The notes under the pieces: model-generated | Database searches by the model: none | The model's input: the letters and a program-made list of their open reading frames with translations, nothing else | Told to the model about the DNA's origin: nothing | Assembly (NCBI GenBank): GCA_964035545.1 | Contig: OZ037768.1 | Span: forward strand, 18,707,700 to 18,771,699 | DNA length: 64,000 nt | Direction of reading: 5' to 3' | DNA from: Bugula neritina | Lineage: Eukaryota; Animalia; Bryozoa | Made by a program: the position numbers and the translations under genes | Shown: positions 41,164-54,207 of the stretch, piece after piece | How positions within the stretch are numbered: position 1 is the first letter of the stretch | How the letters are laid out: each line of letters opens with the position of its first letter

Positions 41164-41861
41164 AGGATGCCTGTTGCCACTGTCTGCCATATTGTAGAAT
41201 ATATTTTATTAACGAACTTGTCTGCTTCACACAATAATCATCGCCAGTCTCTCAATTTATAAATGGCTCTCTTGATAATATATACTACTTTTATCCATAG
41301 TATAGTTACACGTTGCAAACTCTACCATATCTTTCTGTAAATAGTTTGTTTGATAATTGCTACTATAATCCGTAAATTTGTATATATTGTGAATCTAAAT
41401 GAAATTTATATAGAACTCAGTGTACTGGTAGAGCTCAGGTTTACCTGCCTCACTTTACTTGTCAGCTTTACTAACAATTTTACCTGCGGCAGTTGTCAGG
41501 TGCTAAGGGCGCAATCTGATGTCATGGCAGTTCTGCATGAAATAGTATGTATTGATATGTAATAAATAAATTTAATAAAATTCTAAAATTTTATGATAAG
41601 AATTGAATTTGAAAAATAAACATACTATTGTAACAAGGTATAGAATATTTCAATTATTTTTATAATGGTGTCACTAATATTACATTAAATACTCAAAGTT
41701 ACTCAGTCATAAAGCTTGCATTGGTGTAGTGCTAAAGAGCTACAAAAGTCTGCGACAAAACAATGTATAAGTTTTTAACAGCATTTCATCTGGCAAACTG
41801 CAAAAGCTACTCATTACTAGACCAGTTCTTAAAAACCAAAGGTTTTAAAATTCAAATCAAA

Positions 41862-42857
41862 TTATATGCAAAGAATAACCTTGAGTGTATTATTATGCAT
41901 GATTAGAGCCATCGCTATTAGTACTACCATTTTTACACTACTAGCGTTCTTAGTAAAGTTGTTACAAGGTGGTTCCCCTTTTTGTGATCTACAAAAGCAC
42001 AGCTCACCATGTCCAGTTCTCCCTTCTGATATACATGAGCCTGCCACTGTGTAGATGTTGATGTTTAAAGCTGATTTACAGTCTCTTACTATGTTGGTTA
42101 TATTGTTACCTGCAACATAACTTTAACTAAACACTCCTGCATTCACTAGCTTCTTATTCAACATAACTTTAACTAAACACTCTTCCATTCACTAGCTTCT
42201 TATTCAACATAACTTTAACTCAACACTCTTGCATCCGCTAAGCTTCTTGACAAAAAAATAATAGCAATTCAAGAAGATATCCAAAAGAACTTGTGGTGCA
42301 CTAAAACGTGACGATAGAGTGACTTGAAAGCACAAAAAACCTTGAGTTGATCTTCGTATCCACTTGACGCATTCTGTAGGACATGTCTTAATATTTGGTA
42401 TTCTATATTGAGAACGTAACTGGTTTGCGCAAATCTCCCCATCTCTCTTCATATCACAGGAATAACACTGTATTGGCTCTATAAGCACATACATGTATAA
42501 CAACACACTATTCTGAATGGTAAATCCTAGGCTAACTTTATCTCCATTAAAAGTAAACACCAGTAAGCAGCTACAAATTTCTATTTTAAACAAAAAATAT
42601 AATAAAGAACAACTTTTTATGAATAAATGTAATAAAAATAAGTTTAACCTATGAACTTATTCATTTTATTTTAAGCATGGGTGATAAAAAAATTGTTTAA
42701 TTATTATATACATGATACGTAGGCTATTAATGCATAAATATGTAGGATACCTTAATTGTTACTTACCTATTTTCTGAAAACTAGTCAAAGTTGAGACAAA
42801 CACAAAATTAGTTCCTAAATATTGGAGCCCTATTAGTATGCCAAGACTGAACTTCAT
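41862..42857 (-). CDS. Ly6/uPAR (three-finger) protein, quiver/sleepless-like, probably GPI-anchored, 158 aa
   Basis: Exons 42857-42767 (signal-like), 42478-42341 (IQCYSC..C..CPTECVK) and 42109-41862 (RDC..C..LCFC..CN plus a hydrophobic tail). Ten Cys ending in CN; phases are consistent. Confidence 0.85.
42113..42245. repeat. 46-bp tandem repeat, about 3 units, abutting the Ly6 exon-3 acceptor
   Basis: CAACATAACTTTAACTAAACACTC..CATTCACTAGCTTCTTATT repeated. Confidence 0.85.
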
Positions 42858-43137
42858 TGTAAGACATCTGAAGATAGAAAAATGCAGTGTCTTTGTTATG
42901 TGAAGCAATAATTTAATGCATGTGTATATGAACTCATTACTGAATAAAAATGACATTTATTATAATCAAGTTTTGGTTATTCTCAGGAGAAGCTTTACTT
43001 TATAATTAATGAATAATTATTACTAGACTTATATAATATCTGTAACAGGGTAATATATAACAGAGCAGCTATAATGGGGCTCATTCCTAGTCATCAATAG
43101 TTGCTATCGTCTTAGCCTATTAGAGAAAAAGATTGAA

Positions 43138-45104
43138 ATGTCAAATCAACTATTTCCTGTGGACTTCATATTCAACTATGAATATCCCGATTCCATCACA
43201 ATCACTGTATATACGGAGACTGATCCAATACACAGAATCTTTAGTCATCAGAATGAGATGGGCTGCCCTAATTCTTTCTAAATCCTGACTCTAGATCTAG
43301 CATGAAGGAAATATATGGATTCAGATCTAAAAATTCTCCACCACAGATCACAGCTATGCAAAGTTTTGAGCAAGGATTAGCTGATATGATACGATCTGTC
43401 ATGTTTAGACACGCCCACAATACCTTTCAAGACAAGCTATCCTCTGATATCAAGCATAAGATAACCAACAACGACAATATAATAGTGGAAAAGCACATCT
43501 GCAGTTTTACATTAGTTCAACCATCTGACCACCACGAACAGACACTCATTTATTGTGTTTGATATTGTAAAATTTTATCCTTTTATATCTTTAAGGCTGC
43601 TATCAGATGCTTTCGACTTTGCCAGTTTACATACTGCAGTCAGCAATCAAGAACGGAATATCATATTGCATACAAAAAAATCTATATTGGTGCATGACAA
43701 CTCATTTTGGGTAAAAGATCATCAGACAATTTGTTTTATGTCACCATGGGCTCACACGATGGTGCTGAAACATGTGAATAAGTCGGCTTATTTTTATTAA
43801 GTACAATCTCAAACAATTTTAAAGCTAATAAATTGGACTATATGGAGATGATGGGCTAGGAGTAAAAGATCTCAAACCCCAACTAGCCGAAAGATTGAAA
43901 AAAGATCTCTGCACATTATTCCAGTCACACGGTGTAAAGATCACCATAGATGTTAACATCAAAACAACCGACTATTTAGATGTTACCCTGGATCTGTTCA
44001 AGAAACAATACACACCATACTCTAAGCCCAACAACATTTTGCTGTATGTACCCAAAGAGTCTAATCATCTCCCTAGCATACTGAAAAACATACCAGAATC
44101 AATAAACCGCAGACTTTGTGATATATCTACTAATGAGACCATTTTCAACAATGGCATCCCACAATATCAAGATGCGTTGGCTAAGAGTGGATACAATTAT
44201 CAGTTCAAATACAGCGACTACATTAACAGCACCAATACGAGCAATAAACCTATACGACATAGACGAGTCATCTGGTACAACCCACCTTATAGCCGTAACG
44301 TAAAAACAAAAATCGGCTCCATATATTTTCTCAAGCTAATAAAAGATGTATTCCACAGCAAACACCCACTGCACAAAATATTCAACAAGAACAAACTCAA
44401 ACTTAGCTACAGTTGCTGCCCTAACTTGGAGCAAACCATTACTGCCCACAACAAAAGTGTTACTAATTGTAACACTGCCCCTACATCACAGGCAGGCTGT
44501 AATTGTAGAAATGTAGAGATGTGCCTGCTTCCAAGAGAATGCAAAGCCCTAAGCATCGTGTACCAGGCTAATGTATCCGTTCCATCAAACAACACTATTG
44601 AAACATGTGTAGGAATTTCTTCTACTGCACTCAAGACAAGGTAGGTACGACAACCATCTTGCTTCCTTCGGGCATTCTACCAAGCGCTTACAAACTGAGT
44701 TAAGTAAATACATCTGGTCCTTAAAAGACAGAGGCCTAAATTTCACAATATCTTGGAAAATTCTCTGAAAAGCTCAGCCATATAACAACATCACTAAAAG
44801 CTGCCAGCTGTGCTTATGGGAAAAATATTTTATTCTATACAAGCCACAATTGTCTTCTCTCAACAAGCGCAATGACTTTTTATCTATATGCAGGCATAGC
44901 AGCAAATTTCTACTCAAGAATGCTGTGACATAGCTAATTACATCCAATGCTACCTCTTTGTTATATTTTAATCCTTTTGCTTTATTCTGTGTATAATATT
45001 TACTTATAACAATACTATATAGTTGTGAGCCATCATAATGACAATTTTATCTGACGAGTGCACAACATCTTGTGTACGAAACTATTAGTAATAAATGTCA
45101 TTAT
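43138..45104 (+). mobile_element. Decayed Penelope-like retroelement (RT + GIY-YIG endonuclease), resembling the Naiad clade
   Basis: Across stops and frameshifts: [97 protein letters not shown] and LNKR..CRH. Stop at 44931-44933, followed by a 3' hammerhead. Confidence 0.9.
45035..45104 (+). ncRNA. Type I hammerhead ribozyme (minimal, Penelope-associated)
   Basis: CUGACGA core at 45051-45057. Stem II GUGCACAA/UUGUGUAC with a CAUC loop. GAAA at 45078-45081. Short stem III ACU-AUU-AGU. GUA triplet at 45088-45090. Stem I AUAAUGACA..UUUAU / AUAAAUGUCAUUAU. Confidence 0.88.
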
Positions 45105-45195
45105 ATTAATCAAATCTTATTTCATTTCTTTTAATGTTTATGCTCTAGATTTATTTCTATAGAGCACTCTTGTAATGCTTTATATACTCTCACTT

Positions 45196-45378
<183 letters not shown>

Positions 45379-45407
45379 TAAATAAGCATAAGGTAGCTGA
45401 TGGATTT

Positions 45408-45558
45408 ATTACTTTATTAATGTACATCTTCTCATTTCAGTATTTATATATGCTTATATAGAAACAAATACACTGTCTCTGTTATACACAGCAATGTCAT
45501 TTAACCATGCAGCCAGTCACACTACAACCTTCTTTCAAAACCGTTACCACCAGTTCAC
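45408..45558 (-). pseudogene. Frameshifted duplicate of the TRIM terminal exon
   Basis: Same TGCAG|GT acceptor. Reads GELVVTVLKE..[frameshift]..WLNDIAVYNRDSVF, versus GELMVTIPRE..WVKDIAVYNRDIVF in exon 46042-45906. Confidence 0.75.
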
Positions 45559-45905
45559 CTGCATTAATAAAATAAGACCAGGTTTTAGCAATTTAAACCA
45601 AAAGAACTAACTGCAGTTACAAATATGCAAATAAATTTAATTAGCAAAGTTAAGGTTACACAGTAGTGACAGCATAGCATATTAAATAATATTATTATGT
45701 TGAATAAGTATTACTAATCAACACCAAACACTGCTTGTAAGTAGTGCAAACAGAGTATATACCATTATATTATACTGAAGCACTATTTGTAAGTATGTAA
45801 AATGACATTATATTTGGCATGTATTATGGATGCATGCATGTGCAGTATTAATGAAATGTAATATGACCTCACTACGCTGCTCATAAGTAAGCTGTTGCTA
45901 GTAGG

Positions 45906-48900
45906 TTAATATTTTATTGTGTATCTCCTCAGACCACCACCTAGACACGCTAGAAACACTATGTCTCTGTTATACACTGCGATGTCTTTCACCCAATTAT
46001 TCACACTAAGACTTTCCCTTGGAATGGTTACCATCAATTCACCTGCAAAAAAAACATGTTTGATTGTAGCAGTTAGAGTCAAACAGATAGACTACAGTGA
46101 CATCACCACAGCTGACACAACTATATACAGTTTCTTAACTTTCTAGTATGTCAACTGAATTATGTTCAAAAATATATCTACAACTGCACTATAATATACC
46201 TACAGATGCACTATAATATACCTACAGCTGCACTATAATATACCTACAGCTGCACTATAATATACCTACAGCTGCACTATAATATACCTACAGCTGCACT
46301 AAAACATACCTACAGTTGCACTATAATATACCTACAGCTGCACTATAATATACCTACAGCTGCACTAAAACATACCTACAGTTGCACTATAATAAACATC
46401 AAATATGCTTCCTGCTCAGAAGATTTTCCAACATTAAGCAAATATAGTCATAAAAAATTATGATATGTTTGATATATATAAAAGAATTATTTATCTATGA
46501 GTTGTAAATATCTACATTTAGGAGCAGTAGCGGAGAAATAGAAATAGCCTAAATTTTGGTTTGGAGTCCCATGGTTAAAATGCTCGCGAGAATATAACTT
46601 CTTTTGCTACATTTCTAATCTAGAACACAGGCTTTTCTCAATTTCTCCGATGCTGCACCAACCTCAATATTTAAAAGAATTGCAAACAAAAGATAGATTA
46701 TGCAATTGCTGCTTTTATGTTAAATAAGCGTTAATTATCTACCTTTAAGTGAAACGATGAAGATAGGTCCTTTCCATGTACAAATATAAATCAATTCTGA
46801 TTTCGAATCAAAGGAAATGCCAGATGGTTTCGGAATGTGAAGAAACTCCCACAGTAGAGTCAGAGATGAGCTGCCGACTTTATATCTATTCACTTCTCCA
46901 TCTTCATCCCAGTTTCCTATCAGTAGAGTTGAGTCTGGGAGAACGCATACAGGTAGAGGGAACTTCATTCCAGGGACTGGGAGCTTCTGTGTTTCATTGT
47001 CTATTAAATTGCAAACTACAAGCTGGCTATCTCTCCAATCAACAATATAGATTAGAGAGAGATGCTGAGCTACTCTATAGTAAGTGACCTCATCTACTGA
47101 CTTTTTATAGAGAGATCGAGATTTTGTTAGAGAGTCTGTATCAAGAAGTGTGACCTCAGCTGATTTATCCTTCTTGTTATAAAAACTGCCAATCATCACT
47201 TCTTCAGGTTGGATTATCTGTCCCCACTCTGTAAAGTTTGTGTTGCTCGCCATGTTAATAGTTTCCATAGTGTGGCCATTTATTAGTTCTATACCTTTTT
47301 GTGTCTCACACATCAGATTCCCATCAAATGTTATGTTTACCCGCCCACACCATTCCTCTACAGAGATTCCATCAGACTGTAAAAAAGCTGGTGCCTGTAT
47401 CAGTTTTAATCCCAGGCTGTCTGCATTGTCTGTAACAACAAAGTAACAAATTTAAAACTTGAGAATCTTTACAGGTGAAGAGATGGAAAGTATTTTGATA
47501 AAGATTTCAGATCGTACTGCATGCAAGATATTTGTCATCTTTCTACATGCATTGACAGCTTTTCCAAAAATTTCAGCACAAGAAGCTATAAGAAATCCAG
47601 TAAAAGTATTAGGCAACTAGTCCGAATTATTACACAAGTTTTGTGTCTTAAAGAAGGCAATTTAACTGGTATGTTATTTATATAATTACTGTTACCATTT
47701 CTAAATTTTGCCTACTTGTTGGTACCATAATCTTGTGTGGAAGTAGACACTTTTCTGTTACACCAATTTCCATAGCCTTTTTCATTCTCTCACTCCACAC
47801 TTTGTAATTTCTCACAATCTTTGCATCATTGAATGTATCAACTGCATGTTGCACTGTGTCCAGCAGAGACTGTCTGCCCAATGTCTCACTCAGGGCCAGG
47901 TCAATTCGATAATTGTCCACTCTCTCTGTGCAATCTTTTAGATAACCATATGCTTCAAGTCTCAGGTTTGTAGCTTTTTTTCTAATCTTTTCTATCTAAC
48001 AAATAATAATACATTATATTCATTCACATTTGCACCCACAACCTCTAAAACTGAAATGAATTAGTATTAGATGACAGACCAACACACTGATTAGACACAC
48101 AATGACTCAGTCACGTGATTATCTATAGATTATAGTAGACTGCTGATAAATCACGTGACTAGTCTCCTAGCTTCTTTTGCCACTTGTCGCACAGTCAACC
48201 TTAACCTGTAATTCACAGTTGCAGCAGATCCAGTGAGTTACATGCATTGGCAGCTTTAGGTGCGCCTGCACTGAGTAACATGTGATAAAGGGCTACTGCT
48301 ACTTGTGCACATTATTGTAATGCTGGAGGTGCCAACATGCAAAAATGAGTGGGCAAAACATATATGTTATATTTGTCATCACACGCCAACATTCTACTGG
48401 GTTCCAATGTGCAAGCATTTTTTTATCTGATTATTACTTTTGTCATGTAACACTCTAGTCACTGCTACAAAAGACAGACAAGCTGGTGTCTTCTATAATA
48501 ATAGTTGTTAACACTGTTTATAGTAAGATTTATGTTAGCATACCTGAGCATCAGCTAAAGCATTTACTCTAGCTACCATCTTCTTCACCTCACTTTCAAT
48601 TTTACTGAGTTCTTTCCAGGCATCCTTTGAAATGCCATTCAATTCTTCAACTTTTTTTGATAGAGCCTCTATTCCACCAGCCAAACTTTCTCGCAGCTCA
48701 CAAGACAAATTCCTCAATGATGTAATGTCATGGAATACTGCTGCTTCTTCTGAATAAATAATATCACAATATTTTTTAATCCTAAAGCTATTGGACATCA
48801 CCGTCCTTTCAAATTGTGTTATCCATAGGTTGATTGGAAGTATGAATTCACTCTATGTTATGATGCTTACCTACTATTTTAGATAATAGACTGCTACTAG

Positions 48901-51338
48901 AGGTATTCAGTTTTTTTAAATAAATAGTTACCAATTTAAACTATTTATGTTTAAATTTAACAATGTAAGATTAATATTATTCCTGCATGAATCTTTGGCA
49001 AAATCTGTAAAGACGCCTTACTATTTATGAATTTTGGCCATATAATTTGTTACAAATACAGTTAGTAGAGAAAACACTTATAGGTTGCCTTATTTTTCCT
49101 GGCTTTACATTATTATGGTGCTTTAGTCTATTTGATGTCACTGTCATAGGCCTATTTGAAAATACTTAGAACAGTTGGGATTGCTTTCCCCTGTCACTAT
49201 TACTAGAGTTTTCAAGTGGAACAAACCAAAAAAATACTTGTAGCATGTAAAATTGACCCCATATTTAGTTATTCACATACATTTTGGCTATCATGGCTGA
49301 TTATGTACAAGTTCCAAATAGTATGCCAATGCATATTTATTTTATAATAAATTTTGAAACAATTTAGGAAGATGGTTCACTTGATGATGACAGATTTTTA
49401 TTTTTTGCCACTCTTTGCTAGCAGTCAGATTAATCACTGAGTTGGCTTAAAATATGTTTGAAACATAGGCTATATACATGCTGTTATAAATGAGAAAGCA
49501 AATAAAACTACTCTGCTATCTATACTAAGAGTCAAAGTCAGCAATAACTAAGTACATCATACTAAACCAAGCAAACAATGTTATCAGCAAGTGGGCCATG
49601 ATCCTGAATTAATTCAAGCCATGCATGCAAAAGATTTACTACAAAAACAAAATGTTTGAACAGCATGTATACTACTCGAAAGTTGCATGCTTATAGCAAT
49701 AGCCAAAAAGTATGTGAATAACTTGATACGGCATACAACATTATATGCATGTTACGCATCAGAGATTCTTTAGTAAGTTTAATAGAATTACAACTGCTAA
49801 ATTTTTACTAGGAGTTTAGTCAGAAAGTCAAGCAAATTACTGTGTTTTGCTAATTTTCAATTTGAGTTGCTGCAAGGTAATGTAGTACTTATTGCAGAAT
49901 CTCTGACACATCACATTTATGCAGTATTATATCATTAATCTCTTATAATGTCTTTATATACTATCAGCTAATTATAATCATAATCATATACTACCCATAA
50001 GTTGTATACAACTTAAGGGTAGTATGCCCAAACATATTGGTTTTATGGTAAATTTTGTGCATGCATGTCTTGAATTATTTCCTTGCTTGTAGCTCCAGGT
50101 TGATACTGCCTTATTGCTAAAAAAATCTCATTCCGGGATGGGTGATATTTTGAGAAAATGTATGGTTGAGATAATTGCAAGCCATCGGTAAAAGGTAGCG
50201 TTGTATAAGCAACATCTAGTAACAGGTAATTACCTGTCTTACCTTTGCATCCAGTCTTTAAATTGCACAGTATGCAGAACATCTGATGGCAATTAGAACA
50301 CACCTCTGTCAACTGTTCATGTTTGTGGTGTTCACACTCTGTGATAGTATATTTCTGGGGAGAAGCTCTGTAGGCATCAATGTCAATAAACTGATGCCTA
50401 TCTCCCATCAGCTCTCTGTGATTCTGTATGACAAAGGTCAGCAGTTTAGTTGGTAATATATTATTCTAGAAGTCTGTCATAGTTAACTGCATTGTGAGGT
50501 TTTTTGGTATACAAAGTCATGCAGGCATTTCCATGTATTTGCACCAACACAGTACAAACAGATATCATTTTAAAACCAATCTTGAGATCTATTTAAAAAG
50601 GACTCACTTCCTGATGCTGCCTGCACAGTCTCTTTTGACTCTCCAAGCAAAACATGGTAGCTTCTGTTCCATCTTTACACACATCACAGGGGATGGGTAC
50701 TGGTTTACGTGAAGCTACATATTCTAAAGGGTCATTGTACTTAGCTAAAGGTAAAGTTGTGGGATCAGCAATGTCATAGTATTCTTTCCTAAAATATGTA
50801 TATTAAAACTATTCAAGTGAGCTACAAAAAAGAAGGTATATATAATAATCCGATACATTTAACTGTCATCATGAAAGAAATAAGAGGGAAAGTCCCATGG
50901 GCAGTGTTGTTTGCAAATGCCTTAGTTCTGTGGAACGTCATGAAGGAAAGACTTAGAGAGATAGAAATTTATAGACAGTAGGCTGAAACTATTATCCTGA
51001 TAACCAGATAGCTAGTATATAACCTCAGTTTACATAAAAGGTTTGGACAGATATAATACAGGCCATGACACTTCAACATAAAGACATATACTACTAGTGG
51101 CAAAACCAATATCATTATGCACATGAAAAGGTACTATGTAATTTCCTGTAACATACCTACAATATGCACATCTAATGTGAGTCTTTCTGCGCCTAATGTC
51201 TGTTTTCAAACATGTAATGCAATAGACATGCAAACAGGGTAAGGTTCTGGGATCTTCCAGCTCATTAAAATGGTGTAGGCAATACCCACATCTATACGAG
51301 TTGTTGAGCCTCTTTTTAACAACTCTAGAATCTGCCAT
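45906..51338 (-). CDS. TRIM-family E3 ligase: RING, two B-boxes, coiled coil and an NHL/SGL-like beta-propeller C-terminus
   Basis: Exons 51338-51157 (CGYC..DPRTLPCLHVYCITC..CAYCR), 50788-50608 (CDVC..ATMFC..LCRQH), 50423-50243 (CEHHKHEQL..CSNC..FCILC), 48749-48544 and from 47995 (coiled coil; donor uncertain), 47429-46743 (PLPVCVLPDSTLLIG, PSGISFD..IYIC) and 46042-45906. Confidence 0.85.
46184..46393. repeat. 22-bp minisatellite (CTGCACTATAATATACCTACAG), about 9.5 units
   Basis: Head-to-tail units with no spacers. Confidence 0.93.
46520..46659. mobile_element. Short MITE-like element, copy 2
   Basis: GGAGCAGTAGCGGAGAAAT ... ATTTCTCCGATGCTGCACC. Homologous to 31781-31936. Confidence 0.72.
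50866..50980 (+). mobile_element. Small RTE-like reverse transcriptase relic in a TRIM intron
   Basis: IMKEIRGKVPWAVLFANALVL resembles the RTE PWxMLFADDxVL motif with the Asp-Asp pair decayed. Confidence 0.55.
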
Positions 51339-51716
51339 AACTCAAGCTGAAAATTCTAGAAAAGCAATCTGTATTTTAATAATTTGTTAAATAATAAATA
51401 ATTTTAAGTTATAGTTAGTCCTACAGCTTCACTAAATCTGAGACCTAGTTGACAAATAATCATTTGCTTTTTCTTTTAGCTTTCTGCTGTATATATATTA
51501 TTAGAAAAATGTAGATTAATTCAAATTATATAAAATTATCTTAAGCTCATTAAATACAAGCATTTAATTTTTAACCAATTTATTGAAAATGGAACAATGT
51601 ACCTCAATGTTTATGACATTTTTATTTAAAATAATTAAATAAAACTCTGCAAAATGTGAAATAATCAAACATTTGCAGAATTTGTGTGAATAAATTTCAT
51701 CAAATGAACCACTAAC

Positions 51717-51911
51717 CTGCTGGTTTTACTTTCACTGTAGACTGCTATAGAAAGTGAAAACTGTACAGGTGTCATATTGCAGCATATTATAAAGTCAGAT
51801 TTGTTGAGTCATGTGACTTTTATTAATCACAACATTTGATTTGTTGAATTTAAATGCCAGCTGACCAATCATTATGATATTAAGAGAATGGCAGTTTATG
51901 AATTGTCCAAT
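51717..51911 (-). promoter_or_regulatory. Candidate TRIM promoter and non-coding first exon
   Basis: Minus-strand donor GCAG|GTTAGT near 51717. IRF-like motifs at 51722-51736 and 51750-51762, TGAGTCA at 51805-51811, and CCAAT at 51865 and 51907. Confidence 0.4.
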
Positions 51912-54207
51912 CACTGCTTCCAGATAATTAATGCATTGAGATAATTTGCATAGTTGATAATTCTGCTTTAGCAGAACTGGTTTTCTTCATCTCGTTATAG
52001 ACCATTCAGTGTGCACCATGCTGAAATGATTTTTGGTCTAATGTTTTGAATTTTAAATAAAAGTCTTACAAAATAAGAATTGTATGAACGTTGTGAGTGA
52101 GCTGTTTGGTACAGAATCATTATGGTATATACTATAGACACTCAGAAAGAACCAAGAAAGACTCAAGGAGTGACAGCTGATTTGAAAATTTAGGTCAGCA
52201 TATTTATCTGATGAGTTTATATTGTACAGGACATGACATGTGAACAGCAGACCAAATGTTGCTTAGTGTCTTGCTACTTTGAATCTTTAGAAAGACTGCA
52301 AATCTAATACTAGATCTATGGCAGCTAACCGTTAGGTTACATCGCAAGTGGGGAAAGCCAGACATTCTCTAAAACTGTTAGTGATGTACATTTGACAGCT
52401 CTATATAGTTGTATCAGAGTTCTTACAGCATTGATGTTGTAGTGTAAAATTTTTTAATGAGTAGTTGGCACAGTTTTGATTTTTTGATACCGGTTAGACA
52501 GACTAGCTCAACAAGGATGTATTTGAAGTCGGCATGTGACTTACAAAAACCGCTGGGTGGCCCATTACAATTTGGTAAGGCTTCTTGCTCCTGGTTAAAC
52601 AGTCTACACTTATATATAGCTTCTGCCATGTGGAATTGAGGATAAGCTATAGCAAGCAAAAATATGCAAAATGTAAAAGCAAATAGCAGTTAGTAAGTTG
52701 GTAAGAATTGATAAAAGTAAATTATGAAGCTAGAATAACGATGAGGAAGCAAAAAGCATATCGTTTTTTTAAACTGTGTATTTCATAATAGCAATTTTTC
52801 CTTAAAGCTAATAGTACCATGAAAGACTTTTGTTGGAGAAAAATATTAACTCTTGCCATACAGATTGGTTCTATAAGCAGCTCCGAGTTGGGGGTTCTAT
52901 GTTTTAATTTAAACTCTCAACTCCAAACTTGAGAACCGCAAACTATTGCACTCAGTCACCTCCATTCTGCTACAGTTCAATAGCTGTAGTGAATTTTCTC
53001 GGAGGTGCCACAAGCTATGTTTTAGTTTTATGCTTTGAAAAGCTTGATACCTATTTCTAAATAATAAAAAAAATATATAAAATTGCCGTTGAAACTAAAG
53101 TCTAAGGGCGTAATTACTTTTCAAATTCTTCCTATGATACGTAAAATTGGGACAATTTTAAAGATATAAGCAAAACTAAAGCTCTTCTCTACAATGCAAG
53201 ACAACAACAACAGTTTATATAGATAGCCTATATATCTAATAATACCATTATTATATTATTACAATTATTATCACGGGCATTATATTTAAATGGAAGTCAT
53301 AAACATTTTGAAAAGAATAAGAAATCAATATAGCTTATTCCACTTTTATAATAATATTTTCACAATTTGAATATTGATTTATGTTCTCTATAGAGTTTAA
53401 GTAACTACAATAGCTCTGTATATTTTGAAATTCAATTACTGCAAAAGGACATAAATAGTCACTTTACATTTAAACAGCAGAATTTCTACAGCATTATCTT
53501 AATTAAACCACAATCAAGCTTAAGAAACTCAAGGCACTTGCAAACTCACAGCTGCTTAACATAAACACACAGATAGCGATTAAGTGTCTCTTTGCAGCAA
53601 CTTATTTAATTTAATTTATTATACTGATGTGATTGGATTGCTAGGAGTTATGACATCATAGCCTTTTGTACAGAAGGAAAACTTGGGTGTTAGTAGATGA
53701 ACCAGGAACAGATGTACAGGGTGATAAACTGGAGATATTGGCAACCAATCTGTTGGAGAAGAACATGTGTAAAGAGATAAAGTTTATGTGAGAGTATATA
53801 GTTTCAATTTATCGCCCATGCAAATACACTTCTCTACTTTCAAGGCGGCTGTAGTGTAGATAGATTGTCTTCAAAAATATCTGATTGGATTAAAAATTTT
53901 ATTATCCATCCTCCAGTGGGTTGAATAATTCTTCTACATTTACTTTTATACCAATCATCTACTAAATTATAAAAAGTAAGTGATTAAGTTTTAATAATAA
54001 AAATATAACACTTATGCTGTAAGGTACAATGTTCAATATTTTATTCTTAAAATATACAATCCTCCTAACTGAAACTTTAATAATTAAATTTCATTAATTT
54101 TATTGTATAAAATTATACAATGTAATTTTATTATCTGAATTCAAATTTGGGAAAAATGCCCAAATACGGATAATAACCTTACCTTCAACAATCAAACTGT
54201 TGACGCA

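Noticed and set aside
44766-44768. In-frame TGA in the Penelope ORF as selenocysteine
   Set aside because: The context KIL*KA fits CGA-to-TGA decay, the copy has other TAA/TAG stops and frameshifts, and I see no SECIS hairpin in 44934-45035.
46184-46393. Regular 22-bp repeats (also at 32752 and 37963) as a CRISPR array
   Set aside because: The units are head-to-tail with no unique spacers, lie in eukaryotic introns, and there are no cas genes.
52150-53770. Exon-like patches with faint ionotropic-receptor resemblance (VMTS*PFVQKE..LEILATNL)
   Set aside because: Multiple stops, no consistent frame, and similarity too weak to call by eye.
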